Of a DNA stretch of 64,000 nt, positions 27,940 to 45,540 are shown piece after piece. Each line of letters opens with the position of its first letter. The stretch's first letter is position 1. The DNA comes from the human T2T-CHM13v2.0 reference genome, Homo sapiens. The stretch lies in the NCBI RefSeq assembly GCF_009914755.1, contig NC_060929.1; one strand, written 5' to 3'. The position numbers were made by a program, and so were the translations under genes. Below the pieces are notes generated by a model. That model searched no databases. It was not told where the DNA came from and saw only the letters and a program-made list of their open reading frames with translations.

Positions 27940-30075
27940 GTTGACATGGACCAGATTTACTATCTGACTATTTAAAACAACTAAAAAGCCAAAAAAAAAA
28001 AACTGTATAAAAACAGCAGTTTTCGAGACACCAGACATCAGGCATTAAAGGCCAGTGATCCTTTGGAGACAGGAAACAAAGTGAACCCAAGGACTGCCCT
28101 GGGTTCCTACTCTGGAGAGATTTTCCAGGACACAGTGCAGGTAGAGCCAGCTGAAGGTGAAGAGAGAAAGCTGAGTCCAGGGAGGCCAAAGCAGTTAGAA
28201 TTTACAGAGGAGAGGACAGGAGAGGGAAGAGCTGCACAGAGAATTAGAGATCTGCAGCTGGTCCCCCTGAAGCCTTCACCTGAGGACTCACCAGCATCCA
28301 TGTGTGGGGAAACTACCAGAGGCCAGGACGGAATAACCCAAAAGGATTAGACTCTACAAACCCCACAGCTCACACAAAGCCAGGCATAGTTCTTCCTACC
28401 AACCAGTGTGGAAAATCTGGTAACTCAGAGAACGCTGGGTAGAGTACTCAAAAGGTTTTTGCCTCGGTAGTGGGGAAAATACTAGCCCTAGACTAATTGC
28501 TGCCCTGGTCCTGTCTAACAAAGCTTAAAACCCAAACCTGAAGAGATCAAACTAATTCAAATACTTAATCATGTCCCACAATAAAGCACACAGAATTTTA
28601 CCCAATAAGGTAAAACAAAAGGTAAAATTACCAGGCATGCAAAGCAGCAAGAAAATATGACCCATAATAGAAGAAAATGCAATCAATCAAAACCAACCCA
28701 GAAATAACAGAGATAACAGAATTAGTAGTAAGCAAAGCTATTAAAAGCTGTAACTGTATTCCATATGTTCAAGGAACTAAAGGGAAGATTTAACATGTTA
28801 AGTAGAGGTATGAAAGATATCTTTTAAAAAGACTTAAAATTCTAGAAATTAAAACGATAATGTTTGAGGTGAAAAATACATTGGATCACATTAAAGGCAA
28901 ATTAGACACTTGGGGCAAAAGATCAATGAACTTAAAAATATATCAATATAAGCAAAATGAAACAGTGAGAAAAAGACAAAAAAATGAAGAGCGTCAGTGA
29001 TCTGTGCAATCACTTCAAGTGGCTTAATGTATGTATAACTGGAGTCCCTGGGGAAGAGGGCAGAAAAAAATGTTTGAATAATGGCTGAAAAACTTTTCCA
29101 AATTTGATAAGAACTATAAACCCACACACATATCCAATAATTTCAAGAAACCCATGCACAAGAAACATGAAGACAACTGCACAAGCCACATTATAATCAA
29201 AATGCTTGAAATGAGCAAAAGAAAACAATGTAACCAGAAAAAGAGACACAAATACAGTAACAAGGATAACAGCAGATTTCTTTGTTGGAAACAATGCAAC
29301 CCAGAAGATAGGTAAGCAACATCTTTTGTCAACCTAGAATTTTATACCCAGCAAAATTACCTTTCAAAAAACAAAGGCTAAAGAGAGACTTCTAGACATA
29401 CAAAAGCTGAAAAAATTCATCCACCATCAGACCCACAATTTTAAAAATGTTAATGGAAGTAATTCAGGCAGAAGGAAAACCATGCCAGATGGAAATATGA
29501 ACTTACACAAGGACTGAAGAGCATAGAAAATACTAACTCTGTGGGTAAATATAGGCTTCTTTTCTTATTATTTAAATCTCTTTTAAAGATAATCAATGGT
29601 TTAAAGCTATATATATACACACACACATATACACATGCATATATACATATATACGTATGTATACACATATACGTATATAGATATGTATGTATATATAGTG
29701 GGTTTTTAACATGGACGGTTTTTAACAAGGATGTATACTATAAACTCTAACGCAACTGCTAAACACACACAATAGTTATAGCTAATAAGCCAGCAAAGGA
29801 GATAAAGTGGAGTTACAGAAAAATAATCCAAAATAAGGCAGAGAAAGAGGAAAATAGTAATAAAGAACAAATGGAACAGAAAATATCAAGATGGCAGATC
29901 TAAACCAAACCACATCAACAACTACACTAAATGTAAGTGGTCCAAACATAACTAAAAGGCAAAGATTGTTAGATAGGATAAAAAAGCAATATCCAACTGT
30001 ATACTGCCTATAAGAAACATTTTAAAGACACAAAAAATTAAAAGTACACACATAGAAAAAGGTATTGTGCTAACA
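27940..30075 (+). mobile_element. Old L1M 5'/ORF1 relic
   Basis: A-rich strand with AACTGGAGTCCC, TCAACCTAGAATTTTATACCCAGCAAAATTACCTTTCAAAA and CACTAAATGTAAGTGGTC motifs. Confidence 0.7.
29608..29697. repeat. (TA)n/(CATA)n low-complexity microsatellite
   Basis: tatatatacacacacatatatacacatg... Confidence 0.85.
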
Positions 30076-30797
30076 TTAAAATCGAGATAATCTCTATTTG
30101 CACTCACTCATTTATATAATTCCTATAGGGTGAAAAGCAAAATAACAGGAAAATTATTTGTAGGCTATAGAATACTGTATAAACCTAGGGGGAATAGATC
30201 AAGAAACGGTGAAAATAATAGCTTCTATTCACTAGCACTTTATGTAAATGATTTCAATTAATCCTCACAACCCTCAGGAAGTTGTTAGTACACCACTTCA
30301 AAGAAGAGGAGACTAGAGAGATTATGTAACTTGTCCACATAATACAGGTGACAACAGAGTCTGAATCCAACGAACTCTGCTGGTAAGCAGACCATATTGT
30401 TCTCATGTAGTTGTTGTGAGGACACTCTAAATATTTAAATGTTTCTAGAGTAATCTGAAAAGTATAAATAGTGAGGTCTTTTAAAAGTAAACTTCCCTAT
30501 CAACGAGATACTCTAAATATCATAAAGGCTTGCTTTGGTCATTCTCAAAACCGTACTTCCTCATGTTGTCTTTAGCTAGGGGTAAACCAAGAAGCTTTTG
30601 AAGACACTTGATTTTTTCTGCTTTAAAAACTGTTTATAATGGAAAAATTTTTAAGTCACCTGAGTGGCTGGGGCAGGGGGATCTTCCAAAAATCTATTAA
30701 ACTTTACTTCATTTTGTTACACTGACTGCTGGCCTATGACATTCCAGCCTCAAAGGGTATTTAATTCAGGTGTTCTTTATTAAATCTATGCCTCAGT

Positions 30798-31098
<301 letters not shown>

Positions 31099-31364
31099 TC
31101 CTCAGTCTTTTAATTAGATATGATTTCTCCCCAGAATTGTAACTGTTAAAACCAAAAAAGGAGTGAATGTTAAAAAAAAAAAAAAATCTGAATAGTGAAC
31201 ATACTTGATTGTTAAATACAAATTTCTTTGAAAGTTCTACTCCTTCCAATTTCAGTGAAATGCTGCAATAAAAACTGGGTTGTTAATGGATCAAAAACAG
31301 AATTCTTGACAGTAATTTCTGGTGCCATCAAGAACAATTAACATTACTTGAAAAACAAGAAGTT

Positions 31365-31672
<308 letters not shown>

Positions 31673-32144
31673 TTGGGTTTAAAACATTTATAGAAAAAAT
31701 AACTGCTATTTCCTAGTGGAACTACCAAATGCCAGGTAATCTGCTAGATGATTTTAATCACGCTGTAACATGGATATTACTTCTAAGTAACCCCAAGTAA
31801 CAAAGTAAAATTACTTTACTTGGTTGAGTGTCAGAGAGGATCTGGGACTAAGGTTCTAACCATGGTGCAAAAAATCCAAGTCCTTTCAATACACTAAGCT
31901 GCTACCTCAAGGAAGTAGATGATAAATAAGAAATGAAAGGCAGAAAGAGCTAAAACCTTTATATTACAGCTTCAACCTAGAGGCTTAATCCCAGGTACAA
32001 CTTTTTAAGAAAATGATACGTCACAGGTGCTGCGTACTTCTCATTTCATCACCTCAAGAAGTACACCATCAGGTTATCAATCTTAGGCTGTGACTGATCA
32101 CTGAGTTCAGGCATTGCCAGCCCAATCCTCCTGATAAAGTCCCC

Positions 32145-32488
32145 TGATAAGGTTTGGCTCCCGGTCCCCACCCAAATCTCATCTCGAAATATACTTCCAT
32201 GTGTCAAGGGAGAGAGGTGATTGGATCATGGGGGTAGTTTCCCCCACGCTGTTCTCATGATAGTGAGTTTTCACAAGACGTGATGGTTTTACAAGGGGCT
32301 CCTTCCCCTTCACTTCTCTTTCTCCTGCCGCCATGTAAGATGTGCCTGCTTCCCCTTCTGCCATGATTGTTAAGTTTCCTGAGGCCTCCCCAGTCATGCA
32401 AAACTGTGAGTCAATTAAACCTCCTTCCTTTATAAATTACGAGGTCTCGAGTAGTATCTTTATAGCAGTGTAAAAATGGACTAATACA
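32145..32488 (+). mobile_element. THE1 (MaLR) solo LTR
   Basis: TGATAAGGTTTGGCT...CCCACCCAAATCTCATCT...ATTAAACC...GGACTAATACA; TSD-like TCCCC/TCCTC. Confidence 0.9.
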
Positions 32489-33415
32489 TCCTCCAATTTT
32501 CACCCAATGATTCCGCATCTGATGATGATTAGGTGCCTGGATCCATTATTTTATTAAAAGTTGCAATATTGTCTAACATCCCTACTGTATTTATTAGAAT
32601 AAATTCCACTTAAAAATATCATTTTATAGTCAATTTGTCTGAATCGGGACCAGAGCCCACACATGCTACTATGTCTCAGGGCTCTTAATCATTGTATGTA
32701 TATTCTCCACTTCCAACCTCATTCTACTTTTTTGGTAATAAAACTGGGTCATTTGTCTTAAAGCATTTCCCATATTCAACATTTCATCATAGTGACATTC
32801 ATTCTTCTAGTCCCCTATCTTGACTGGATCCTGATTCAAACCAATCAACTATAAATGGCATTTTCTTCAGACATTCATGAAACTTTAAATATGGACTGAA
32901 TATCAGACAAATAATTATTTTGTTAGATATGATAGTGACATTATGAGAAAAAACTTATCTGTTAAAAATATTTTAGGAATGAAATACCATATTATGATAC
33001 CATATTGTTACTATTTCATAATTAAAATAAAAATAATTTATCAAATTATTTTAATTAAAATGATTAAAACTCATAATAAAAAAATGAGTGACATAATATG
33101 GTATCTGGCATTTGTATTTAAATACAACAGGGAAATTAAGTTGGGGGAAAGGAACAAAATTTGCAAAATGTTTTTAATTTTTGAAGCTGGGCTTTATGTA
33201 TATAGAAATTCATTATTCTGTTTGACTTTTGCATTCTATTTTTTAAAAATTAATCCCTAATATAGAACTGGCCAACTCTCTCAAATGACTTAAACAGAGT
33301 ATATTCATATTAGGGGAATTTACTCTTTTAACTATATTCCAAAAGGCTGGATTGACAATTATAAAACTAACCTGACTTTTGAACGTTACATTCCCTTTAC
33401 TTGAAAAACGTAACA

Positions 33416-33575
33416 GGCCATGCACAGTGGCTCATGCCTGTAATCCCAGCAACTTTGGGAGGCTAAGGTGAAAGGATTACTTGGGCCCAGGAGTCTGAAG
33501 CTGCAGTGAGCGATGATCGCACCAATGCAATCCAGCCTGGGTGACAAACCAAGACCCCATCTCTATAAAGAAACA
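33416..33575 (+). mobile_element. Alu monomer
   Basis: Diverged single monomer. Confidence 0.75.
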
Positions 33576-34054
33576 AAATGAACTCCAACAAAACCAATCA
33601 ACCAACCACATTCAAAAAACTATATTAAGACCTTTTAGGGATTTGGGTGGAGAGATCAAATTCTTAAAAACAGTGATCAAATGATTAAAAAAAAAAAACC
33701 TTTAAGAATTAGAATTGTTTGCAAATATGAACTCTACTAAGACTACAACTGTCGGCTATTATTGATAATGAATTCTTCTGACTACAATATTTGAAAATGT
33801 AGCTTTTGTTAATCAAGTACTAGATGTGTAAAGTATTTCACTTGCACCAAATTTTGTGGGAATCAGGATTTTGAAACTGGAAGACAGTTAAAAACCCACG
33901 TCTCCTACTTCCAAAGTGTTTCTTCATTCCAGGATGTCAAAGTTAAGACTTAAATATTGGTATCTGCCTATCATTTAAAATAGAAGTTTTCAAATGGCCA
34001 TGCAATGTTTAACTGAGTAAAGAAAATTTTGAATAAATGAAATACAAGTAATAA

Positions 34055-34375
<321 letters not shown>

Positions 34376-35778
34376 CCAAAAACCTGGGTTTTATTATTCC
34401 ATTTCACTCGGAGTCATTTCAGAGTAGAGCTGTGAATAAGAAGTCAAACTGATCATTCTGACTCAATGTATTATTACAGGAAAGCACAATGGTAGAATCT
34501 GGCAAACCTGAATTTAAGTCACAATTACTGGGAGATTTGGCCAAGTCACTTCCAATTTCTCTAGTATACAGCCCTTCTAGAGTACTCAGAGGAGTAGTTT
34601 TCAATTTTATGAAGTATAAAATTGTTAGTAGTTTGTCCCCTTGCTGTCAGCAGGAGTCAATTGAATTCAACTACTCTGAAAATTTTCATGAATGCATGGA
34701 TGAAAAAAAACCTCAAGAAAATGAGCAGCAGCAGCAAGCTGGAAATAATCTACTTAGCTGCACTTTACAAATGCCTCCTAAAAAAATCAAGCTTGACTTC
34801 AATGGAATTTCTAGAAACAATTCAATGGAATTTCTAGAAATAGTAATTCTATGAGGTATCAAATTATTAAGAAAAATACCTAAATTACAAAGGATTCATG
34901 TGCATTGGCCATTCTAAATCTTTTTCCCTTTTAGTGTTGAAGCTCAAGGCACTGTCAAAAAAAAAAAAAAAACAAAAAACCTTGGAACTTGACAAAATGA
35001 GTTCAGAAATACAAGGAAAAAAGGCAATTAAGAGTAGGAACTTGAAAGCTCAAAGAAGAGGGGAAGGAAGGTTGACAAAAGACACTCAATGATCCCAGAG
35101 GTACCGCCCTAACCTCTAAGCATTGCATCTATCCTAATTTTTTAAAGTTTCGTTTTAATTCCCGAAATTCCATGAATTAGGCCTAGAAATTAGCAAATAC
35201 CCTTTGTGAAGAACGTAAATTTTCAGAAGAGACAGGGGGTTAGCAATCAATAACTTCTTAGTAAGAAATAATGTGAATATTTTTCTTTCCTCCTATATCC
35301 TGAGATCAGCTACTCTGAGTTTTTCATAGAAAGTAAACACTAATTTGGGAACTTGAAGCACTTATTGGGGGAAAGGACAGGAGGCTTGGGTAGTACAATG
35401 GCAGTGGAAAAATAAAATGAAGGGGAAAATAAAGGATAGCAAACACCTTAATCTGTAGGGCTACACTGGTAAACTCAGGAAAAACCTTGTTTTTAAACAT
35501 CAAATGCTTCTTTAAAAAAATTATCACATACAGTTCAACTATTCTGAAATAAAGTCACTGTATTTGGACTATATCAGAGGCCTAAACATAATGTATGCAG
35601 TCATTCTACAATAAACTTTTTGTTTCAGCTTTCTTAAACTCCTAGTCTACTTTAGGAACACAGCCTTACTGTATTGACAAATGTTGCCCCTAAGTAACAT
35701 AGAAAACCAAGCTTGGTTTCATTATTTGTCCTACAAGAAAATCCCATGCATTTTATGTTTAAAATACATAAACAGATT

Positions 35779-36075
35779 AGCCAGGCACAGTGGCTCATGC
35801 CTTTAATCCCAGCACTTTGGGAGGCCGAGGCAGGAAGATCACTTGAGGTCAGGAGTTTGAGACCAGCCTCGACAACATGGTGAAACCCTGCCTCTGCTAA
35901 AAATACAAAAATTAGCAGGACCTGGTGGCACATGCCTGTAATCCCAGCCACTCGGGAAACTGAGTCAAGAGAATCGCTTGAACCCAGGAGGAAGAAGGTT
36001 GCTGTGAGCCGAGATCACGCCACTGCACTCCAACTTGGGCAACAGAGCAAGACTCAGTCTAAAAAAAAAACAAAA
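35779..36075 (+). mobile_element. AluS
   Basis: Full dimer. Confidence 0.9.
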
Positions 36076-36216
36076 CCTAAACAGATAAAACTCCAATATT
36101 TGTGTAATGCACTTATGAAACAGGGATACTTTTAACAAAAATTCACCTGTATCTGGAAATAAGCACTTAGGAATTCTACAACAAAAAATATTCCTACCTG
36201 GCTGACTGAACCATAG

Positions 36217-36596
<380 letters not shown>

Positions 36597-36959
36597 TGAA
36601 AACAAGGACAGTAAAAGAACAACAACAACAAACGCTGAAGTCAAAAAGTTTATGTAACCAATCAATTAAATTCTGGAAATTTCAGCAGCACTTTCTTCCC
36701 AAACTGCTTTCCAATCAAATCCTCTTTCTCCCGTAAGAATTATCACAGACATAAATTGCCTAATTAATAAACTTAATTCTTATAGGTTTACGTATTTATG
36801 TCATTTGATAAACAGATGCTGGCCAATGTTAAGACTCCTAAGGACTTGGTATTAAAAACTGAAACCTCTCATCAGAATTTCTATTTTTATATCTGTGACT
36901 CACCAAACATACTTGGAAATGTCCATTTTCCAAGCTGACTTTCCAGTTAGATTTTAATC

Positions 36960-37588
36960 TTAAATAAAGTGTGTATGTGGTTTTATTAAACAAACTGTCA
37001 CAATGGACAAACTGCATGCCTTTCCATGAATGTCTGGTTATCACCCTGACATCACCCAATGAAAAAGAATACAACACTTAAAATTTAATAGAATTCTAAC
37101 AGTAAACATTTTCTGAGTTTTGGTTTCTAGTACCTGCTTATCTAGAGTTAATAATAATCACCCGTTCAACAATTACAGAAGAAAAACTTTTAAAGTTAAG
37201 TTCTAAATTTGAAGTATATAAAGAATATTCCTTTAAGAATATAAAGTAGTCAAGATTTCCTTTTACTCAAAAAAAATCACTTCAGAGGTGACCTCCATGT
37301 ACAAAAGGCAAGATCAATCACATTTATCACTGGACACAAAGGATATTTCAAAGGTATTTAAAAATGGTAATTTCAAAAAGAAAAATTAATTTTAATTTTT
37401 CTAATGCATTATCAAGACCATACTTGCTTAACAAGTTAATTATGCTATTGATACAAAACATACAATATTTACACTTAACTGTACAAAATAATTTAATGTT
37501 TACAAAAATATTAGAATGTTTAGTTGACTGACACAGTCTTAAGTAATCTCTTCTAGAGAAGTATATAGTAAGACCACTGATTCCCATT
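36960..37588 (-). other. CLK4: CLK4 3'UTR (minimum extent; may extend further)
   Basis: AU-rich, repeat-free sequence after the stop codon. Confidence 0.65.
36982..36987 (-). terminator. Candidate polyadenylation signal AATAAA for CLK4
   Basis: TTTATT on the + strand about 600 nt after the stop. Confidence 0.5.
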
Positions 37589-37729
37589 TCATTTCTTTTT
37601 TAATAAGTCAAAGAAAGGATGCTGCAATGCTTCATCCAAGGTAATTCTTTGAGTTGGATCATATTCTAACATTCTTCGAACCAGGTCAAACAGTTTCTCA
37701 TGTTCTTCATCATGACAAAGCATAAATTC
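37589..37729 (-). CDS. CLK4: CLK4 exon 13 coding part (141 nt including TGA)
   Basis: CAG|GAATTT; [46 protein letters not shown]; all coding exons sum to 1446 nt = 481 aa + stop. Confidence 0.97.
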   Translation of the reverse strand, partial: EFMLCHDEEHEKLFDLVRRMLEYDPTQRITLDEALQHPFFDLLKKK

Positions 37730-37815
37730 CTGGGGGAGAAATGTTTTTGTTTTAAAAAAAATTATTAATAGTGCAAACACGTGGTTTATTTAACCTTTAA
37801 TCTTTTTTCTTTTAC

Positions 37816-37906
37816 CTTCAACGGTTTGCAGCGTCTCCTAACATATCTACCAGCAGAACTGTGTTCATCCCAATCTAGCTGGTTATGGTGAAAATACTTG
37901 CGTTTT
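37816..37906 (-). CDS. CLK4: CLK4 exon 12 (91 nt)
   Basis: [30 protein letters not shown]; donor AAG|GTAAAA. Confidence 0.95.
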
Positions 37907-38468
37907 CTACAGAAAAAAAAAAAAAGTCTGGATTAGTAAAATAACAAGAGTCGTATCTTTACCCTGCACCCATGAGGGGAGACATGGAAAGCAGCTCTCT
38001 CTAAGTGTATAGACTTATATAATATAGATGCATACAATTTTTAAAAACCTCAGCAACAATTATATATCGGACACCTCATATCCTCCACCCTGTGAGGTTT
38101 TAGTCTCTCAACTAAGTTGTTCCTATCACATATGGAACAATGTCAGCTTAAAACTAGGGGCCCCCTGGATCCAGTCCTAAAATTCTGTTTTCACTAGATC
38201 TAGAATGGGGCTGGAAATCTTTAAAGAACTCCCTCGGTGGCTTCTGCGATGAAGCTGTGTTTGGAAATACCACCTTGTCTAAGAATATACAGCTGGTTAA
38301 GGACAGAATAAATTTCACACTTAGAGTGATATGATTCCAAAACACAAGCTTTTCCATATTCTATGTATTATTTTTACATCGCCTTAAGAAAACACTTATG
38401 CAAACGTAAACTTGAGTTAAAAAAAAAAAAAAACAAAAAAAACCCAAAAGCCATTTTGTTTACTAGAT

Positions 38469-38768
38469 CAGTGGTCCTCAACCCTTTTGGAACCAGGGAC
38501 CGGTTTCATGGAAGCAGATCCGGGGAGGAGGGATGATGGTTTGGAATCAAACTTCCACCTCAGATCATCAGGCATTAGATTCTCATAAGGAACCTTCATG
38601 CAACGTAGATCCCTCACGTGCGCAGTTCACAATAGGGTTCACATTCCTATGAGAATCTAATGCCACTGCTGATCTGACAGGAGGTGCAGCTCAGGCAGCA
38701 ATAATGCTCACTCACCCGCCACTCACCTCCTGTTGTACAGCCCAGTTCCGAGGGGTTAGGGACCCCTG
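38469..38768 (+). mobile_element. MER1B-like hAT/Charlie DNA transposon
   Basis: CAG...CTG termini, internal GGCATTAGATTCTCATAAGG and its inverse, 8-bp TSD TACTAGAT/CACTAGAT. Confidence 0.85.
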
Positions 38769-38818
38769 CACTAGATCACAAGGTAAATATTTTTTATTAT
38801 ATTAGTTTTTAAAAACAT

Positions 38819-39115
<297 letters not shown>

Positions 39116-39275
39116 GGAGTAAGATGAAGTTAGAAGTTACCTCCAGTACAGAAAAAAAAAAAAAAGTCAAAATCTATAGTCCTTGGAATCAGTATTACAA
39201 CAACGTTGGGTTTTCTGTAGTTTGAATATATGCTATTGCACATATCCAACAAAAGTCTTGAATCTTAAAACATAC

Positions 39276-39355
39276 CTTGTTTTCTGAATCATGTGTTGTG
39301 GTATGGGTCCTAATATTCGTTCCATCATTGCCAGGTGCTCTTTACTATCATGAGT
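39276..39355 (-). CDS. CLK4: CLK4 exon 11 (80 nt), LAMMER signature
   Basis: [26 protein letters not shown]; donor AAG|GTATGT. Confidence 0.97.
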
Positions 39356-39821
39356 CTAAAACATGTAAGAAAAAGAAATTTAGTACTCTCCATTTCCCTA
39401 CAAACACATTAACTTGTTTAATCTAAAATTTTAGTTTCCTTCTTTATTTGCACTTCTTACACTGTTTAAAGAATAACTGGGCAAGGTTACCAGAAAAACT
39501 GTCTCCTCATTTAATCAGCTGCTTAACCAAAATTAACATCCAGTACCCAATGAATAGTTCACTTGTTAACACTTACTACTCCCAGGCAACAGACATACAT
39601 ACAGTCCCAATAATTCTCTAAACAATTCTGAGCTAGGTATGTGGGAACATGAATTTCAAAAAGGTTAAGATACTACCTCAAAGTCATATAGCTCATATAT
39701 GAGGAAAGTTAAGCTATCAACCCATGTCAAAGCACATATCCTTAAATTAGTAACGGAGGCTTGGCTGAAGTAGAATACAGAAAACGGTCAAACTTACAGC
39801 TGGAATGGTATGCTTCTAGAG

Positions 39822-39970
39822 CAGAGGTTGGCAAACTTCTGTAAAGGGCCAGATAGTAAATATTTTAGGCTTGGCTCGTCATGAGTGGTCCCTATTGCAT
39901 ACTCTTCTTCTTTTTGTAAAAACAGGCACCAGGCAGGATTTCACCATGGGCCAAAGTTTGCTAACCCTTG
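39822..39970 (+). mobile_element. MER58-like hAT DNA transposon
   Basis: CAGAGGTTGGCAAAC...GTAAAGGGCCAGATAGTAAATATTTTAGGC...GTTTGCTAACCCTTG; TSD TTCTAGAG/TTCTGGAG. Confidence 0.8.
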
Positions 39971-40646
39971 TTCTGGAGAGCAGAGGCTGTATGCAACACT
40001 TTTAAAAGAAATCTATCAACTACTGTGCCTTGCATATTGCTTCCAAATCGTTGTGATACATGACAGGAATAAGTAATACTAGCTTCACATTTTAAAGAAA
40101 TTCCTTAGTTTAAGAGTATTTTGCAGGGTGGAGTTAAAATATAAACCACCTCTCAAATAATATATACTTCATTTAAAACTCAAAGTGATTTATAATCACA
40201 AAATCACCGGAAGCATCCATTTCATATTAGTCAGACTGATGAAAGCATTCACTTTGCTTAACTTTTTCTTGACCCTACAGCTCACCACTGCAAAACCAGA
40301 CAATACCTCCCAGAACTGATTAATAACCATGATTCTAAGACATCAAACTTATCTATAAACTCAGAGTACTTTTCAACAGGATCTCTACAGATTAGACAGA
40401 AACAGAAATCTGGCGAGGTGCCCCACGAACAGGGAATTCATCATTGTGCAACAGCTGCCTAAGTGACTCTTAGCCCATCATAGCTGCATGCCCCCTGCAC
40501 TGCTCTAACTTCAAATCAACCTCAACAGTACTAGCTGGGATCTCCAGCCCCTCTTCCCCAAACAAAACAACACAACACCTCGATCATACCATGACCCTAT
40601 TTAAAGTTCTTCAATGGTTGCATCACCTAAAGCTTTCAAGAATTTA

Positions 40647-40976
<330 letters not shown>

Positions 40977-41480
40977 TTAAGGACAGAGTGGAAAAGAAAG
41001 TAGAGTTTCCTACTTTTTGTTTTACCAATTAAGGACTTTTTATTTTTAAAAGCAAACTACCAACAACTATGACTATCATTACATAAAAGAGACATTAAAA
41101 AAAAAAAAAGCAGGAGGGATAATCTCTAAATAAGGGTCAGAATGGCAAACCTAGACAACCATTTTCATTTTGGACCAGTCTACTTTTGGAATCCACTGAC
41201 TTCTAGGATCAAACCAATACCTTGCGAAGTCTTTTATGAATTGATCCTTGCCTATTGTTATAATTTTCCCATTTATACAAGACACTCTGACAACGCTATT
41301 CTTCCCTGAGTAGAATATGTTCCTTTACTCCTCTGTGCATTTACAGATACTATTTCTTCTTCCTTATATGCCCATTGCACTCCAGTTTTCTAACTCCTCC
41401 TCCTCTTCCTATGTTCTCAGTGACGCCTTCTCTAAAGTAATTATTAACCTTTCCTGGGTTCTCCCTACCTACACTTTGTC

Positions 41481-41782
41481 TTTTTTTTTTTTTTTTTTTT
41501 TTGCAACAGAGTCTCACCCTGTTGTCCAGGCTGGAGTGCAGTGGCATGATCTCGCTCACTGCAAGCTCCGCCTCCCAGGTTCACGCCATTCTCCTGCCTC
41601 AGCCTCCCGAGTAGCTGGGACTACAGGCGCCCGCCACCACGCCCAGCTAATTTTTTATACTTTTAGTAGAGACAGGGTTTCACCATGTTAGCCAGGATGG
41701 TCTCGATCTCCTGACCTCATGATCCACCCACCTCAGCCTCCCAAAGTGCTGGGATTACAGGTGTGAGCTACCCCGCCTGGCC
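41481..41782 (-). mobile_element. AluY
   Basis: CAAGCTCCGCCTCCC, TTCACGCCATTCT; TSD CTCCCTACCTACACTTT. Confidence 0.92.
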
Positions 41783-42348
41783 CTCCCTACCTACACTTTC
41801 TACGTTGTTCCATCACAGCAAATGCTACACTATACTGCGATAACTTTCCAATGTCTTTTGCATGACTTGAGAAAGATGTTGTCTCTTCACCTTTATGTAC
41901 TTATACTTAGAAATGCCTAAGACATTATAGATGCTTAATACTTAAGAGTAAAATACAATCCCTTGTTGTTCCTGAATTCTTTTATAAAAAGGAATAAGTG
42001 ACTCGTTCATGGCCATATTGATAGTCAACATAACTATAACTGAAAACTGGCCACATTAACACTACTGCAAATTTATGAAGAAGCTCTACAATTTAAAAAA
42101 GGAGACAGTATGAACCATATATGAACCATGTGTTACAAACACTAATCACATGCAAAATTAACTATGATCACTCACTCATAGTAATATTTCATTCAACTGT
42201 GGTTTTAAAGAATGACCATTTTGCCTAAGTTTTAATCTCAAGAATAATGATGTATGGCAATTTTCCAATATGGAAGTCAAAACTTTAGCATACCTTTAAC
42301 GTTTACAATTTGTTATGAATTATTAAATGGAATTTACTAGCCACGTAC

Positions 42349-42431
42349 CTGAAAGACTGTGAAACCAAGGTAATATTCAATAAGAATGCAACCTATGCTC
42401 CAAACATCACAAGGCTGAGACCAACCTAAAG
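42349..42431 (-). CDS. CLK4: CLK4 exon 10 (83 nt)
   Basis: [27 protein letters not shown]; donor CAG|GTACGT. Confidence 0.96.
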
Positions 42432-43373
42432 CTATTTTAAAACAAATAGAAACATTTTACTATGCAAAAACTTTTAATTGACAGTACATTAAATCCTTCC
42501 CTATATGAGTGCTCCCTTTACAGAACCCATTTGGGAGAATAAGACACCAAATTCAGGGTTTATAGTTCTAGTTTTACAGCAAATGCTATTCAACACACTC
42601 CATAGTCCATATGCTCACATCAAGACACAGTATTCTAACTAGGGAGGGGTGCATGTTATGTAAAATAAAAGGGGGCTACCATTTTCCAAGTATACAACCA
42701 ATTCGTGCAAATATTCCATAGTCTCTGAACTGTTTATATAATGGGAGAGCACTGCTGTTAAAACCATTATTATGCTCAGTTCATGGTTAGTCCAAGAATT
42801 TTTATATTTTATTAGCACAAATACAGGTTTATAATTATCCTCAGAATGAAATTACTAATGCCTTATCAATTATCATCAGCTTGATGCATGAGTTTACTTC
42901 TTCCGTTAAGAGAAATATTACCGTTTTGCACAAATTGTATAAAAGGTATAATGGGAATTTTAAGCAGTTTCACCTATAAGCAGAAATTACAGACACATTG
43001 GAGCTCAGAGAGGGATCTATACATAAACATCGGCGCTGTCTATACATGATTTTATATACTTTCTCCTTCAGAATTCTCAATGACAGTATTATTCAGATCA
43101 GAATAAAACATCTAGCCTTCTTAAATCTATACTGACTGGGAAGGAGAAAGAACCAACCACATAGATATTTTAATATTTCAAAGATCAAATATTTAGTTAA
43201 AAAATGTATAAATAAAATCTACATTCAAAGACATTTCAATTACTTTCATTATCACTGAAGTTAAAGATAAAAGAAGAAATATATTCAAGTCAATATATAA
43301 TGACTTAAGTCATTTTTGTTAACCATCCGCTCCAGTGTCTGTCATTTGAACAAATGGATAATAATAGAGCATG

Positions 43374-45071
<1,698 letters not shown>

Positions 45072-45329
45072 CTATATTTTACTCAATCTAGGATAGCACA
45101 CTGTACGATGCACCACTGTTTGATATACCAATAACAAAGAAAAAATGCCAAATATTTGGGGAAAAATCTGATTCTTAAAATGAGGAATCTATTGCCTTCT
45201 AATCTCTGAAAATACCTCTCTGTCCACTATCTCTTCCCATATTGCTTTCTTTTACCATTACACAGTAGCTCCTTTCAATTTGTACTACGCAGAAACCCTA
45301 TTATTACGCATTTAAAAGACAAGCTCTAG

Positions 45330-45540
45330 AGTTGTGCTTGTTCAATATGGTAACCACTAGCCACATGTGGCTGTTTAAATCTGAAATAAAATTAATGTAA
45401 ATTCAAAACTCAGTTCTCCTCAGTCACACTGGCCCCACTACAAGGTAGTCAGTCACGCACAGTGACTAGTGGCTACCATATGGGACAGTGCAGAAATGGA
45501 ACATTTCCGTCATCAAGGGAAGTTCTGTGGGCAAGAGCTG
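45330..45540. mobile_element. MER3-like DNA transposon
   Basis: CAATATGGTAACCACTAGCCACATGTGGCT...GACTAGTGGCTACCATAT. Confidence 0.75.

Noticed and set aside
34489-34854. 121-aa ORF with QQQQ and PPKKIK between the two genes, including a 23-bp tandem duplication at ~34798-34840
   Set aside because: No recognisable homology or exon structure; a tBLASTn would be needed to exclude a pseudogene fragment.
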